A stretch of DNA of 49,665 bases, filler included, from an uncultured virus (IMG/VR IMGVR_UViG_2049941000_000413) (38 parts of one record of this genome joined end to end with filler, not necessarily neighbours in it); one strand, 5' to 3'. Counted from the whole stretch's first letter, positions 11,543 through 24,082 are shown. Notes: generated by a model from the sequence alone, not told the origin. Numbers and translations are program-made.

Positions 11543-12218
11543 GTTTATTATCNNNNNNNNNNTACAAATTATTCAAGGATTTCAAATACATCATTCCAGC
11601 AGGCTCGGTAATGTCTGGTCTTGGGAACCCATCGCCAGTCAGTCTTTCCAATTGCTGGGTGATAGATGGACCAAATGACAGTCTGGAGGACATCTTCAGA
11701 GTTTGCAACGAGCAAAGTCAGTTGATGAAGCGTAGGGGCGGTGTTGGCTTTGATATCTCGAAGTTGAGACCCGCTGGTTCTGGCGTAAAGAATTCGGCAA
11801 AGAATTCAAGCGGAGCCGCATCANNNNNNNNNNNNNNNNNNNNNNNNNNNNNNNNNNNNNNNNNNNNNNNNNNNGGATTTGTTCGGTCACGTTACAAACA
11901 CCATAGCACAGAATGGTCGACGTGGGGCGTTAATGCTTAGTATCAATATTTGTCACCCCGACGCCCTTGCCTTTATCGAGAAGAAGCAAGACTTGACCAA
12001 AGTAACTGGTGCGAATGTATCGGTGCAGATACCAGACGACTTTATGGAGGCGGTAAAGGATGATGCACAATACACTTTACGCTGGCCAGTTGATGCATAT
12101 ATCAATTGGGAGTTGACCAATAAAGCGAATGAGGGTGTTGACTATGAGTATGACAAGTTATACCCTATGGTATATTCTAAGAACCCATTTGATTCTCACG
12201 CAAGAACTGGATATATGA
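11543..12218 (+). CDS. nrdJ: Class II (B12-dependent) ribonucleotide reductase, fragments
   Basis: SLSNCWV, MKRRGGVG, AQNGRRGALM, HPD, VTGANVSV. Confidence 0.85.
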
Positions 12219-12322
12219 NNNNNNNNNNNNNNNNNNNNNNNNNNNNNNNNNNNNNNNNNNNNTTAATTAATTAANNNNNNNNNNNNNNNNNNNNNNNNNN
12301 NNNNNNNNNNNNNNNNNNCCGA

Positions 12323-12329
12323 TATTTAT
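12323..12329 (+). promoter_or_regulatory. TATTTAT putative late-promoter motif
   Basis: 17 nt upstream of the gp25-like ATG. Confidence 0.55.
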
Positions 12330-12346
12330 TTTTAAACAAAGAAGAT

Positions 12347-12736
12347 ATGGCTCAAAGACAATATTTTGGTGTAAAATTTCCCTTTTCGGTCGATAGCATA
12401 ATGAATCACTTCGTTGACCTCAACGGAACGAGGGCTGACGGTGTAAGGAGTCAGTTGATGCACATTGTGTTCACTCCGAAGGGACAGCGTCTCCGTGACC
12501 CAGAGTTTGGCACCGACCTCATAAAATACATTTTCACACCAAACGACAAACAGACTTGGGACAGCATAAAGACAGAGATTAAGAGTGCCGTAAGGCGATA
12601 CATAAATAACGTTACAATCAACAATATAAGCGTCGCACAGAGTGATGACGAGCGTGCACAGATATTTGTTCGCCTCGATTATTCTGTCAGCGAAGGCAAT
12701 CTTGTTAGAAGTGACAGCATAGTGGTTGAATTATAA
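12347..12736 (+). CDS. Baseplate wedge subunit, gp25/GPW family
   Basis: FTPKGQRLRDPEFGTDL, 129 aa. Confidence 0.9.
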   Translation: MAQRQYFGVKFPFSVDSIMNHFVDLNGTRADGVRSQLMHIVFTPKGQRLRDPEFGTDLIKYIFTPNDKQTWDSIKTEIKSAVRRYINNVTINNISVAQSDDERAQIFVRLDYSVSEGNLVRSDSIVVEL

Positions 12737-12737
12737 T

Positions 12738-13799
12738 ATGGCCCAGAAGAAAATAAACTATCTTGCTAGAACATTTGACGATTACAAGAGTGAGTTGCTT
12801 AAGTTCAGCAACGAGTATTATCCAGAAATGACAGAGGACTTCAACGATGCCAGTGTCGGTGCGTGGTTCATAGACCTGGTAAGTGCCGTTGGAGACGACT
12901 TGTCGTATTACATTGACAAGATATACCAAGAAACCAACATCAACAGTCTCACAACCAGAAGTGCGGCATTGAACCTTGCGAGGAGCAACGGTTTAAAGGT
13001 GCCAGGACCAAAAGGGGGATTGTGCGAAGTTGAGTTGAGTTGTATATTGCCAGTCAACCCAACCAACATAGCAACTCCAGACTGGACGTATTCTCCACTG
13101 GTAAGGAGAACAAGTATCGTATCTGCTGGTGCGTACAAGTTTGAGTTGACCGAGGATGTGAACTTTGGCGAGCAGTTCAACAAAGACGGATATTCCAACA
13201 GAAAATTCATCCCGATGAGGGACGAGAATGCTGGTATCACAGCATACACAGTATACAAAAATACCGTTGTTAGTGCTGGGTCAACAAAGATATACAAGAA
13301 AATTATAACAGAATCAGAATTGGAGCCATTTATGGAGGTTGTCCTTCCAGACCTTAACATCGTTGGGGTAGACTCCATTTTGTTCAAGGAAACTGCGGAT
13401 TTCTCCATCGACCCACAAGTGTCAGAGTTCTTCTATGATGACGAGGAGTTCAGAATGAAGGGTGAGGCAATCAACACTTTCAGATTCTTTGAGGTAAACA
13501 GTCTTGCCGACCAGTATAGGTTTGGCACCATCTCATCGAGGGCTGTAAATGAGGATGATGTTGTGACGGACAAGTATAATCCAGAAGTTTATGAGGATGT
13601 GACCGAGACTATCGTATCAGAGGACATCGAAGATTCTGGAACAACATTGCAAAGTCAGAAGACCACAAGATATTACAGGGGCAAGTGGAAACCAATTACT
13701 CAAAAATTCATTACAGAGTACACTGATAATGGGTATTTGAAGATTATCTTTGGGTCTGGAGTTGCTTACGACAAACTTCCAAGCGGCCAAACCACTTAC
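12738..13799 (+). CDS. Baseplate wedge subunit, T4 gp6-like (3' truncated)
   Basis: INYLARTFDDYKSEL, DLVSAVGDDLSYYID..YQE, IIFGSG; directly after gp25. Confidence 0.85.
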
Positions 13800-13880
13800 N
13801 NNNNNNNNNGATAATCAAGTTGAATTCAAAGGAAAGAAAGACGAAGAAGAATAAAATAATAAAACAAAAGTTAGATAAAG

Positions 13881-14039
13881 ATGAAACGTTATAAAGCATT
13901 AAATGAAAGCGAATTCCATAGGATGATGACAGAGGCAACAATGGAGATTGTAAAACGAGTTTTACAAGAGGTTGCTGGTCCAGACGCATTACCAGCGGGT
14001 GACTATGATTATCCAGAAGACGAGGATTTCTATCCAGAA
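13881..14039 (+). CDS. Protein with LxES-type N-terminal leader (3' truncated)
   Basis: MKRYKALNESEFHRMMTEATMEIVKRVLQE. Confidence 0.6.
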
Positions 14040-14140
14040 NNNNNNNNNNNNNNNNNNNNNNNNNNNNNNNNNNNNNNNNNNNNTTAATTAATTAANNNNN
14101 NNNNNNNNNNNNNNNNNNNNNNNNNNNNNNNNNNNNNNNA

Positions 14141-16190
14141 ATTGAGGGTAATGTTCCCTTGTGGGTTACCAGTAGACAAACATATGAAATATAATGGTGA
14201 TATGAAGGAGGGGAGATATCACAACGACTCCAAGTATACAACTCAATTATTTATTTATCACGGCGTTATTAAAGAAGTTGAGAATGATGATGGTGTAAAG
14301 TTTTATTATTACACACACGGAAACGTCAGAAACTCGCAGTTAAACCAATCAGTCAAGGCAAAGAGTCAATTTGTTAGACTATATGCCACAGATATCGTCC
14401 TTCTTGGAAGTCTCAACGGTTGCGACTTGGATGGAATCCCCCAAATGTTTCGTGCATTACCGCCAAGCACCGCAAACATTCCGCCAATAGCGACAATATT
14501 TGATGAGTATGAGCCAGAAGCACCAGAAACACCAAGTACGTNNNNNNNNNNGTGGTATTGTTCTTCTTGACGAAAGCGGAATAAGTGTTGATACTCTTCA
14601 ATTTGGTCAACACGTGAACGAGAATGGTATGAAGTATGACGACTATCGTTATGGTAAACTCCAGCATTTTGTCGATGGGACGGAAACCGACTTCTATTTG
14701 ACCAATGGGATGTATACCTTAATTTTAACAGATGCCGCTGACAATGAGTTAGTAGAAACTATTGTGCTTGAAGAAACTCCAATTGGTGCTGTTTTAGAGT
14801 CTCAAAACCTTGGATACGAGTATACGGGACAAAGTAGTGGTATGTGTGCATCANNNNNNNNNNGAAACTGGTATGGATTGGACGAGCAAGTCTGACCCGA
14901 AACACGACCCAAGTGGGATTGCCTACGTAAAAGGGACCATATTTGACCTTGCTTGCAGTCACGCAAACACCTTGCCCAAGACTTGTGTTAATGTGGAAAG
15001 GATGTGTGAGTTGAATGTGTCTAGAGACGAAAGGTATCCGTTTACAGACCGAGACGGCAACATTGATTGGAGTGCCGCTGATGGAATGCTGACCAGATAT
15101 GAGATTGACAAAAACGACCCGAGAGTGATGTTTGCGACACTCAATCATAACGGTTTCAATCCAGTGGATAGAGAAGGGACACTAAACGCAACGACAAAAG
15201 AACTCGATACGAGAACTGGATATTACCATCCGAGATTTAAATTCTTGAATCCTCAGAATTTCGACGGAAGACTCCGTAATGTTGCCCCAAACTACACAAG
15301 GTCGGCTACTAANNNNNNNNNNATGAACCTTGATTATGTAATGACGGACGAATATGGTAGTCTTGTGCCAACAGACAATCCGAACATCGGTATCGCCACA
15401 AGAGCCAGTGTGCGTTTTAGATTTACCGTTGACGCTGTTGAAGATGATGGCATATCAAGGCATAGAGCGAGATATCTTGTACCAAACAATCCGGAGATAA
15501 TGCCAGACGTGGAATATCCAATGGTTGATGACCCCTCTAAACTTGACGATTATTATAAGTTTGGGCAAAATACGCCAGATAATTGCTTCAGAGATTTGTA
15601 TTGGAATAAGGTGTATACTGTAAAGAATTACATCCCAAGAATTCAAAACAATAGGAAGGTAAACACCGGCAACTACAGTGCATTAAGACTTACAAACTAT
15701 AGTGATGACAGAAACCCAATCCCTTTCAATAAATTAAGGGTTAATATCTCGTTCAGATATAGGGTAATCTGCGCCATTATGGAAATTGTGATTAAGGCGG
15801 TGGGTTTTTTAAATAAGATTCTATCTTGGTTGGACGACCTGGCTGGAATTAGGGTTGAAAAGTGTGTAAAACTTACCGATGGATTTTTTGAATCTTTTGA
15901 TGATGGAAGAAACGTTACATATATACCAGGTTGTTCCTGCAATGAGAGTATCGGCAAAAGAACCGAATGTGTTGAAAAAGGTTGTATAAAGAATTGTTCA
16001 ACCGATGACTTGTTAGACTCTATCCAACAAAGACTCGCTGAGGAATACGAGTTAGCCAATCTTGACTTTTACAACGATTGGTTGAATGGTTCATTGTATA
16101 TGCCGTTGTGGTTCTGGAAAAGAAAAAAACATTATACATATCTGTTTGGGTTGTTTGGTCACCATTCTGTTGATAGATTCTGTTCTTGTA
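14141..16190 (+). CDS. Fragments of large putative virion protein(s) (four contigs, order permuted)
   Basis: Long open frames at 14141-14521, 14533-14853, 14864-15312 and 15323-16190; Cys-rich segments. Confidence 0.5.
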
Positions 16191-16290
16191 NNNNNNNNNN
16201 NNNNNNNNNNNNNNNNNNNNNNNNNNNNNNNNNNTTAATTAATTAANNNNNNNNNNNNNNNNNNNNNNNNNNNNNNNNNNNNNNNNNNNN

Positions 16291-16716
16291 TAGATGTCCC
16301 CAATGACGCTGGAGAATACATTTATTACCCCATTGGCAGTGAGAGTGCATTAACGCTTACATTTAATGCGAAACGCAATAGACTTATAGACCCAAATAAC
16401 CCATTGATATCGTTTCCAATAGTCGACAATCGTGCTTGCGTCGACCCAACAACAACGAAGTTATCATTCAAGCGAGTTGAGGCTGGCTTTGAGTGCAAGT
16501 ATTACGTGAGGATATTCTCGAGACTGCCGAACTTCAAATTCGCAACAATGAATGTGACCGAAAGAAACCTCTATGACCCCCTACATTTATGGACAGAGGG
16601 GAATCTTATAGAAGAAAACGAGATGGTGCCTTTTCAAGACAATTTGTCAAAACTTGCATTTGCGTCGAATTCATATTCTGATGCCAATGCTGAATTGGTG
16701 TTTTTGGATGATGTTG
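16291..16716 (+). CDS. Putative structural protein fragment
   Basis: Open frame (YYVRIFSRLPNFKF). Confidence 0.45.
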
Positions 16717-16817
16717 NNNNNNNNNNNNNNNNNNNNNNNNNNNNNNNNNNNNNNNNNNNNTTAATTAATTAANNNNNNNNNNNNNNNNNNNNNNNNNNNN
16801 NNNNNNNNNNNNNNNNA

Positions 16818-17161
16818 CTGTGGTTTATATGAAAGTTGAGTTCAATCACGCTGGGGTGGGTAGAACGATTCCATTCTATTTGCCAATGAAACCCAAAGAA
16901 GAACAGCAACCCGAATGGACGCAAGAGCAGCGGATGGCGAGTGCATACTGTTTGTCTAACGAAGACGATAGGGAAGAAATGTTAAAAGGCATTCCAATGC
17001 AAGATTATAACTTATACAGTTACATTCCGGTTCATTTGAGGTTTAATGAGAAGACCAATCAGTTTATGTATTACTTTGCCGGGCCATATGCGGAGGCAAT
17101 AGAGCACGAGCATAAGTTGACATTTAATTTGTTTGAAATAAAATTCAGAGACGAGTCATGA
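16818..17161 (+). CDS. Putative structural protein, C-terminal part
   Basis: YMKVEFNHAGVGRTIPF...FNLFEIKF; ATGA overlap with the next gene. Confidence 0.5.
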
Positions 17162-18101
17162 GGCATATTAACTTACAGATTTCGCTTGAACCGTTTAAGT
17201 CAAGGTTGCCTGGAGTTATTCCAGCGATTGGCGATGATGGCAAGTTTATCAAATTCGATAAGGACAATATTAAGTATGAGTATCATTCTGGAAATTATGG
17301 AATGATTCCCAGCGATGTTGTTATTCCAAGTGGTTACAGCGAAACCATTACTGATTTTACGGATTACNNNNNNNNNNAAATGGTATCATTTTTTCTCTGA
17401 ATATTATAATCTATTAAACTCAAACCATTGTAATAGAGTTTATTCATCAGCAACAGAGTACTTTGAGCACGAGGGCCAATTCGATGCTCGACATGACGCC
17501 TCGTATTACGCTGAACTTGACAGACTGTTTGAGGCTAGAGGTGGGCACGAGTTCTATGGGTGGTTGACAACAAACTGCTTCCCCAGATTTGACATTAAAA
17601 AGGAACTACAAAGTGTGTGGGGGTGTGACCATTTATCATATCCTTCTGTCATCGAGTGGCTCGGGTGGTTTGATGAAAGGTCAAAATTCAGCGGTTGCAC
17701 TGATGAGGCGTGTTGTAGTGATACGGACGATTGTTGCGAATGCATCGAGTATGTCAAACGAGGTGGCAAAGTATTCCACGACGAGATGTATGACTGGCTA
17801 ATTATGGTTACGAGACTGATGGAGGAGAACGCTAACAGTGGAATTTTTCCAGAATCAGCGTGTTTTACGGTACCATTAATGCTCAAGTCAAATATTGACG
17901 ATTTGGGGCAAATGTCCATATTTTCGTCAGAATGGGAGAGGGGTGCAGATTACGGCAATTACTTTGGAGACTCCGCTGGAACTGTTGTTCATCAACCGCA
18001 AATCATAAATGATAGTGGAGAGAAGTATGTTGATAATAGGGGTTTCATTATAAAAGGCGATGGCTCTGGTTACTGGCACAATTCTGGCTATAGCGAGAAT
18101 T
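17158..18101 (+). CDS. Putative structural protein, N-terminal part (frame change at gap)
   Basis: ATGA-coupled start; Cys cluster CC..DCCEC. Confidence 0.5.
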
Positions 18102-18201
18102 NNNNNNNNNNNNNNNNNNNNNNNNNNNNNNNNNNNNNNNNNNNNTTAATTAATTAANNNNNNNNNNNNNNNNNNNNNNNNNNNNNNNNNNNNNNNNNNN
18201 N

Positions 18202-18452
18202 ACGTCAACACAATTACATATGATGACCAGAGCAATCTTCCAGATTACTTCTTGACTGATGTACTTGACCTTGATGGATGGGATGTGAAACTCATTTATC
18301 CATATGATTTATCGGAGTATATACTGGATGAGGGTGTAAAAACACCAGTTACCGGGTCACCAAGTGACGAATCGGCAAATACTTACGACGGCAAGGCACT
18401 GTATAGGTTATTCAGTCAAGACACAACAAGTGTATTTAAACCATATACATAT
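18202..18452 (+). CDS. Hypothetical protein fragment
   Basis: Open frame across contig. Confidence 0.35.
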
Positions 18453-18552
18453 NNNNNNNNNNNNNNNNNNNNNNNNNNNNNNNNNNNNNNNNNNNNTTAA
18501 TTAATTAANNNNNNNNNNNNNNNNNNNNNNNNNNNNNNNNNNNNNNNNNNNN

Positions 18553-18684
18553 ATCCGTATTTCTGGTATATCTCTGAGGGGTCGAGACCTTCCATCGCTG
18601 GGACGAGTCTTACCCTGTCACTAAGTGCGTCGTGGCTTAATGCTTTGTAGACTGAGATGGCGGCACTTTCGGCGTCGCCGTCAA
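18553..18684 (-). CDS. DNA primase TOPRIM C-terminal fragment (missed by ORF track)
   Basis: Reverse strand reads DGDAESAAISVYKAL...LDPSEIYQKYG (DxD and DP motifs). Confidence 0.7.
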
Positions 18685-18694
18685 NNNNNNNNNN

Positions 18695-19006
18695 TGAAGT
18701 ATTTTACACTGACAGAACTTACGAAGAGTGCGACAGCAATGAGGAAAAAAATTGACAACACTCCAACCGAAGCCGTAAAGAAGAATCTTACCGCACTGGT
18801 AGATAAGGTCCTTGACCCGTTAAGGGAAGCCTGGGGTCAACCTATTGTGGTGTCTTCTGGATACAGAAGCCCAAAGTTGAACCGTGCCGTTGGCGGTGTG
18901 GCGTCATCACAGCACCTACTTGGTCAAGCAGCCGACATCCACACTGTTAGCGACAAACCATCAGAAAACAAAAAATTGTATGATTTAATCAAGAAACTTA
19001 AACTTC
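18695..19006 (+). CDS. Endolysin, Peptidase M15 (M15_3-type)
   Basis: KYFTLTELT, SSGYRSPKLNRAVGG..SQHLLGQAADI. Confidence 0.88.
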
Positions 19007-19016
19007 NNNNNNNNNN

Positions 19017-19549
19017 CTAGGTGGTCGAATGGACCCTCAACGAGTGTTATGTCGGCATCCCACTGTATCTTCTCCTCGTTGAACACAATCTTCTTCCTCT
19101 CCGTCTGTGGGTTGTAGTATTTCTGCTCCTTTTTCCTACGACCATAATATCGCCCAGTCCAATAGTTGAGGTGCCCAAACTTGTCATATGAGGGGATAAT
19201 GATTCGGTCTTGGAGTTTCTTTATCTCGTTGTTATCTATATACCCAAGATTGAATTCATCTATTATATCCCACCCGATACCTCTGGAGAAGAGATAACTG
19301 AGTGCCGCTTTGGGGTTACTCCTACCTTGACGGAATGGGTGGTATCCACCCGGAATCTCGAGTTCTTGGTTTTCGGCAACTTGAGTGCTGATGTTAAAGT
19401 CTTCTGCACTGAAGTTCAACTTATACAACTCACTTTCACGAAGATTTTGTATTGCCCTTCTGTAGTCAGCCAATATTCTTGAATTGCCATACATCTTTAT
19501 TAGTTTGACGATGGAACCCTTCATATCATCGTGGACTTGCGAACAAGAC
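19017..19549 (-). CDS. DNA primase (DnaG/T4 gp61-like), central part
   Basis: YLFSRGI, RIIIPSYD, YWTGR, KYYNP, LVEGPFD. Confidence 0.88.
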
Positions 19550-19629
19550 NNNNNNNNNNNNNNNNNNNNNNNNNNNNNNNNNNNNNNNNNNNNTTAATTA
19601 ATTAANNNNNNNNNNNNNNNNNNNNNNNN

Positions 19630-19791
19630 NNNNNNNNNNNNNNNNNNNNACGGTATGGGACATCCCCAATGGATAACTTCAGAAGGGAGCAAGTCAAACC
19701 TAAATCGCCAAAAGTCAAAGACGGTCCAGCGACAGAAAGCACAACACCCCAACAGCATACGGGGCCAAAAATACGAATTATCAAGAAATAG
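19630..19791 (+). CDS. C-terminus of hypothetical protein
   Basis: RYGTSPMDNF...PKIRIIKK* immediately upstream of the SbcC start. Confidence 0.45.
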   Translation, partial: XXXXXXXRYGTSPMDNFRREQVKPKSPKVKDGPATESTTPQQHTGPKIRIIKK

Positions 19792-19816
19792 TTTTTTATC
19801 TCAAAGTTTAACGAGA

Positions 19817-20751
19817 ATGACAGAAGTTACAGATAAGTCAATACTCCAGTTTCACTGGAAAGTAAGTCCTTATGACTATTCAAAGGAGAAGGCAGAAAGC
19901 CTCAGGGAGAAAATCAGCAAGAAGTATGAGGTTCCCAAGAGGCACGTCAAGGTCATACCAGATTTTATTACGGTTAACGCCGACGGTTCAAACATTCCCA
20001 CAATGGGGGATGTTGTCGCCAATATACAAGACCCAGCGTTTCAACTTGAACTGTTCAAGGAGTATATCTCTGCGAATGAAATAAAGGACTACGATTTTGA
20101 CATCATCAAGCAAATTGACGCTGAAATCAACGGATACATCGATTATGATGTGTTCGATAAATTCAGAAGGTATTCAATCAAATGGATAAAGTGGGACAAC
20201 TTCCTCTCATATGGTCCAGATAATTACTTCGATTTTACCACACTTGAGGGTCTAGTGCTTCTTAATGGCGAACCAGCCAACCAGAGTGGCAAGACTACGT
20301 TTGCTGTAGACCTTATACATTTCTTGCTTTTCGGTAAGACAAACAGATATGCCACACTCGCTAAGTTCTTCAATAAACACCTTCCAGAAGCAACCGAATA
20401 TGTTGTAGAAGGCTGTATCACAATAGAGGGACAAGACTATATCATCAAGAGGGTTGTGTCAAGACCAGCACTCAAGAAGCGAAACGCAAAGAGTAAGGTG
20501 ACACAGAAGGTTGAGTACTATCGACTCGTCGGCGATAATATGGAGGAACTCAGCGAATATGTTGAGTCGCAAGAAGGGGAAAGCACCGCCCAGACCAATA
20601 AGGCAATCAAGGATGCCATTGGCAAGGAGAGTGACTTTGACCTTATTATATCGATAACCGGAAAGAACCTTGACGACCTTATTGAGAAGAAGGAAACCGA
20701 GAGAGGAAGACTGCTTGCGAGGTGGATTGGACTGCTTCCATTAGAGGAGAA
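19817..20751 (+). CDS. SbcC/Rad50 (T4 gp46-like) ATPase, N-terminal part
   Basis: WDNFLSYG, Walker A NGEPANQSGKTT, FLLFGKT. Confidence 0.88.
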
Positions 20752-20875
20752 GGTCGAGACCTTCCATCGCTGGGNNNNNNNNNNNNNNNNNNNNNNNNNN
20801 NNNNNNNNNNNNNNNNNNTTAATTAATTAANNNNNNNNNNNNNNNNNNNNNNNNNNNNNNNNNNNNNNNNNNNNA

Positions 20876-21337
20876 TTGTTTACATCTCACGGAATAAGCA
20901 AGGAAAAACTTTTAAACAGTATGGAAAAGTTTGATTTGCTGTCAAAGAAAGACTCGATAGACGAGAGGACTCCAGAAGGCCAAAACAAGAAGCAGGCGTT
21001 CTTCACAAGGTCATACAAACCCACAGAAGACGTAGTTTTTCAGCAAAGGGCGGAAAGATTATACAGGGCACTATTCCCCGAGGGCAGATTACTAGAAGGC
21101 AGACTGTTTGAGGCTGGAGCAACATCGTGTGGGTCAGTTGGGGCTGTAAGTGGTCCGCTGAATAGCGGCGAAGGGAATGGATTTGAGTATGACGTTCCGT
21201 TTGGTATGCAAAGGAGAAGCATCTACAGTCCGAGGAAAAAGAAGAAACGCAAACGCAAGGATGTAGATATGAGACCAGCACTAAGGAGAGGAGACGGAAG
21301 AGGCGGCTCAATCTCAATTCCAAAAAGAAGGAGATAG
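20876..21337 (+). CDS. Hypothetical protein C-terminal part with basic tail
   Basis: Open frame; LLEGRLFE, then Arg/Lys-rich end, TAG stop followed by ATG 21340. Confidence 0.55.
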   Translation: MFTSHGISKEKLLNSMEKFDLLSKKDSIDERTPEGQNKKQAFFTRSYKPTEDVVFQQRAERLYRALFPEGRLLEGRLFEAGATSCGSVGAVSGPLNSGEGNGFEYDVPFGMQRRSIYSPRKKKKRKRKDVDMRPALRRGDGRGGSISIPKRRR

Positions 21338-21446
21338 CGATGGGAGAAGATTACATCATAGACCAGAAAGAAGCCATTGAAAGAGTTCGAGAAATCGACA
21401 AAATGGTAATAGAGGAACTCAAAAAGGACAAGAAGGNNNNNNNNNN

Positions 21447-21984
21447 AAGACCAGAAAATCAACGACAAGGCTTACGCAGATATGAATCAAGAAATCAAAA
21501 ATTACTATAAAGGGATTTCTGACATCAGACAACGCGCATCCGAGGGTTATGATTATTCTGACGGCAAGGGTATGTCAGACATTAGGTTTGATGGTCCAGT
21601 TGGCGACGATTACGTCAAGAGAATTGAGGCTCAACTGAGGGGTTACACCTCGGCTGATGCAGAAAAAGCACACAAGAACGACCCATTCGGCAATGCAGAC
21701 TTTGGGGACAAGAAGTACACAGAGCGATTCAAGAAGAACGCTAAGTGGCATAAGGATAGAAGGGGCGATGCGACAAAGATTGGCTTGACCGGCAGAGAAC
21801 TCGACCCCAAAGAAGTCGACAGACTTCGCACCACTGCGTTCAACGAGAACAAGAAGATTCGTAGACTCACCTTCAAGAACACACAGTTCATTTCTGAGAG
21901 TCATATGATGTCAAGGATTCCAGACGATATGAAGGTGGAAGGCAAGCGTTTCATTATGCGAGACGCTATGCAGAACGAGTATCT
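21447..21984 (+). CDS. Hypothetical protein fragment
   Basis: Open frame across contig. Confidence 0.5.
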
Positions 21985-22059
21985 NNNNNNNNNNATGTTA
22001 AATAGAGCACGCTCGCTCTCAGATTAAATAACCGAAAAACTAACTGTTAATGAACCGAA

Positions 22060-22756
22060 ATGACCGACAAAAAGAAACAGGTTAAGAAGAAAGAACTCGA
22101 CAAAACCGCAACTGAAGAAAAAAGACGATTTGAATCTTTGAGTGCAAAGCGGTCTAAACGCCGTAAAATGGTCGATGACGACTCAGATGAGAGGGTGGTG
22201 ATAAGCGGCCCTCTCGGCTGGGTTGAAAAGATTATATTGTTATCAGAACGCTTTGGTGTAAAGAAATTGTTGCAAGCACTGTTCTTTATAGTTTTATTCA
22301 TAGGTGTAGATTTTGTATACAACGCACTACAAAGTGATAATGTGGTACAGTCTGTTGTAGAATCTATCAACAAGAAAGAAAAGACAGAACACGATATGGG
22401 CAACAATGTGCGAGGATATGTCAGTCCCAAAATTAACGAAACACTGATAAAACTGGTCTACGAGTTACACGCAGACCGAGCATTCGTCATAGAGATGCAC
22501 AACGGCAAGGAGAACGCCTCCTCGCTGCCTTTCGTATACTTTGATATGACATATGAAGAGATTAGAGAAGACGGAAATGTTAAGTACGTTCAGCCGCATT
22601 TTGAGAATATCAATATGAACAACTACACAATGCCGTGGTATTTGTCTGAACATATGTATTTCATCGGCGGCATTGATGAAATGAAGAAGATAGACAAACG
22701 TCTTGCCGTGCGGTTTGAGGATGAAGGTGGAGGATATTGTGGTCTTATTCTTGTGA
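22060..22756 (+). CDS. Single-TM protein with soluble GAF-like domain (possible T4 T-like holin)
   Basis: Charged N-terminus, TM LLQALFFIVLFIGV, then LHADRAFVIEMHNG. Confidence 0.45.
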
Positions 22757-22856
22757 NNNNNNNNNNNNNNNNNNNNNNNNNNNNNNNNNNNNNNNNNNNN
22801 TTAATTAATTAANNNNNNNNNNNNNNNNNNNNNNNNNNNNNNNNNNNNNNNNNNNN

Positions 22857-23219
22857 ATGACAGAATCTACGAGTTCACCTACGAGATACTGATGACAAAA
22901 CGCAAGGAACCAGGAGACCCAGATGTTGGTAGATTGAGGGACGAGTATGGAAAGTTTATTGACCACAAGATAAACATAGACGACTGGATTGTGTTTGACA
23001 AGGCGGTCTATGAAACAGAAGAATCTTTTTGGGTATATGGATATCATCCCCTACATCAGCGAAAGAATTTCCAATTCATTTTTGACGAGTTCGTTGCAAA
23101 AGATGTCGACGACCCATATAATTTCAAGAATATCTACATTTTCAAAAACAAAGTGCTGTTTGATGGAAACGGAAAGTTGGATATGGTAATATGCAAGAAC
23201 GTGTCAGACGCAATCAGAA
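22857..23219 (+). CDS. Hypothetical protein fragment
   Basis: Open frame. Confidence 0.45.
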
Positions 23220-23305
23220 NNNNNNNNNNCTTGGGAACCTATAATTCCAGTTGAGAAGTTTGATTTTGACAACCCAACCAATTCACTTCAATACGATATA
23301 TCAGA

Positions 23306-23982
23306 ATGATAAAAGTTTTCACAGCGTTTTCTGGGTACGACAGTCAGTGTATGGCACTGGACCGTGCTGGTGTTGACTACGACCTCGTCGGCTGGTCGGA
23401 GATAGACCGGTATGCAATCCAGGCTCACAATGCCGTATACCCCCAGTACGAGAATCGGAACTATGGCGACATCTCAAAAATTAATTGGGACGATGTGCCA
23501 GATTTCGATTTGTTCACCTACTCGTTCCCTTGCACATCAATCAGCAAGGCTGGACTGGAGGAAGGTATGGATGAAGGGTCTGGGACAAAATCGTCACTGT
23601 TGTGGGAATGTCGTAAGGCGATAGAACGCAAGCGACCCAGATTTCTCCTTATGGAGAATGTGAAGAATCTTGTTGGGAAGAAATTTATGCCATTTTTTCA
23701 AGAGTGGGTAAGCATTCTTGACAATCTGGGATATTCCAGCAACTGGGCGATAATGGACGCCAAAGACTTTGGCGTTCCTCAGAGCAGACAGAGAATCATA
23801 ATGGTTTCGACGCTGGATGACAAGTTTTTCCAATTCCCAGAAGGAACACCAACAAAATTGAGGATACGAGACATACTGGAGGCACAACCAGATGAGAAAT
23901 TCTACTTCAGCGAGGAAAAGATGAGGGGAATTATCGAGCACTGCACCTTTAAGAAACCTAAAGGAGAAATCTTTGGTAACCC
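23306..23982 (+). CDS. DNA cytosine-5 methyltransferase (3' truncated)
   Basis: FSGYDS, YGDI, SFPC, ENVKNL, PQSRQR. Confidence 0.92.
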
Positions 23983-24082
23983 NNNNNNNNNNNNNNNNNN
24001 NNNNNNNNNNNNNNNNNNNNNNNNNNTTAATTAATTAANNNNNNNNNNNNNNNNNNNNNNNNNNNNNNNNNNNNNNNNNNNN

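Noticed and set aside
20752..20774. 23-bp exact repeat GGTCGAGACCTTCCATCGCTGGG shared with 18580-18602, suggesting an element inserted into SbcC
   Set aside because: The other copy is ordinary primase coding sequence on the minus strand and this copy is at a contig end, so it is best explained as a chimeric junction read
23306..23982. Complete restriction-modification systems around the two methyltransferases
   Set aside because: No adjacent endonuclease is visible; both contigs are truncated, so this cannot be supported
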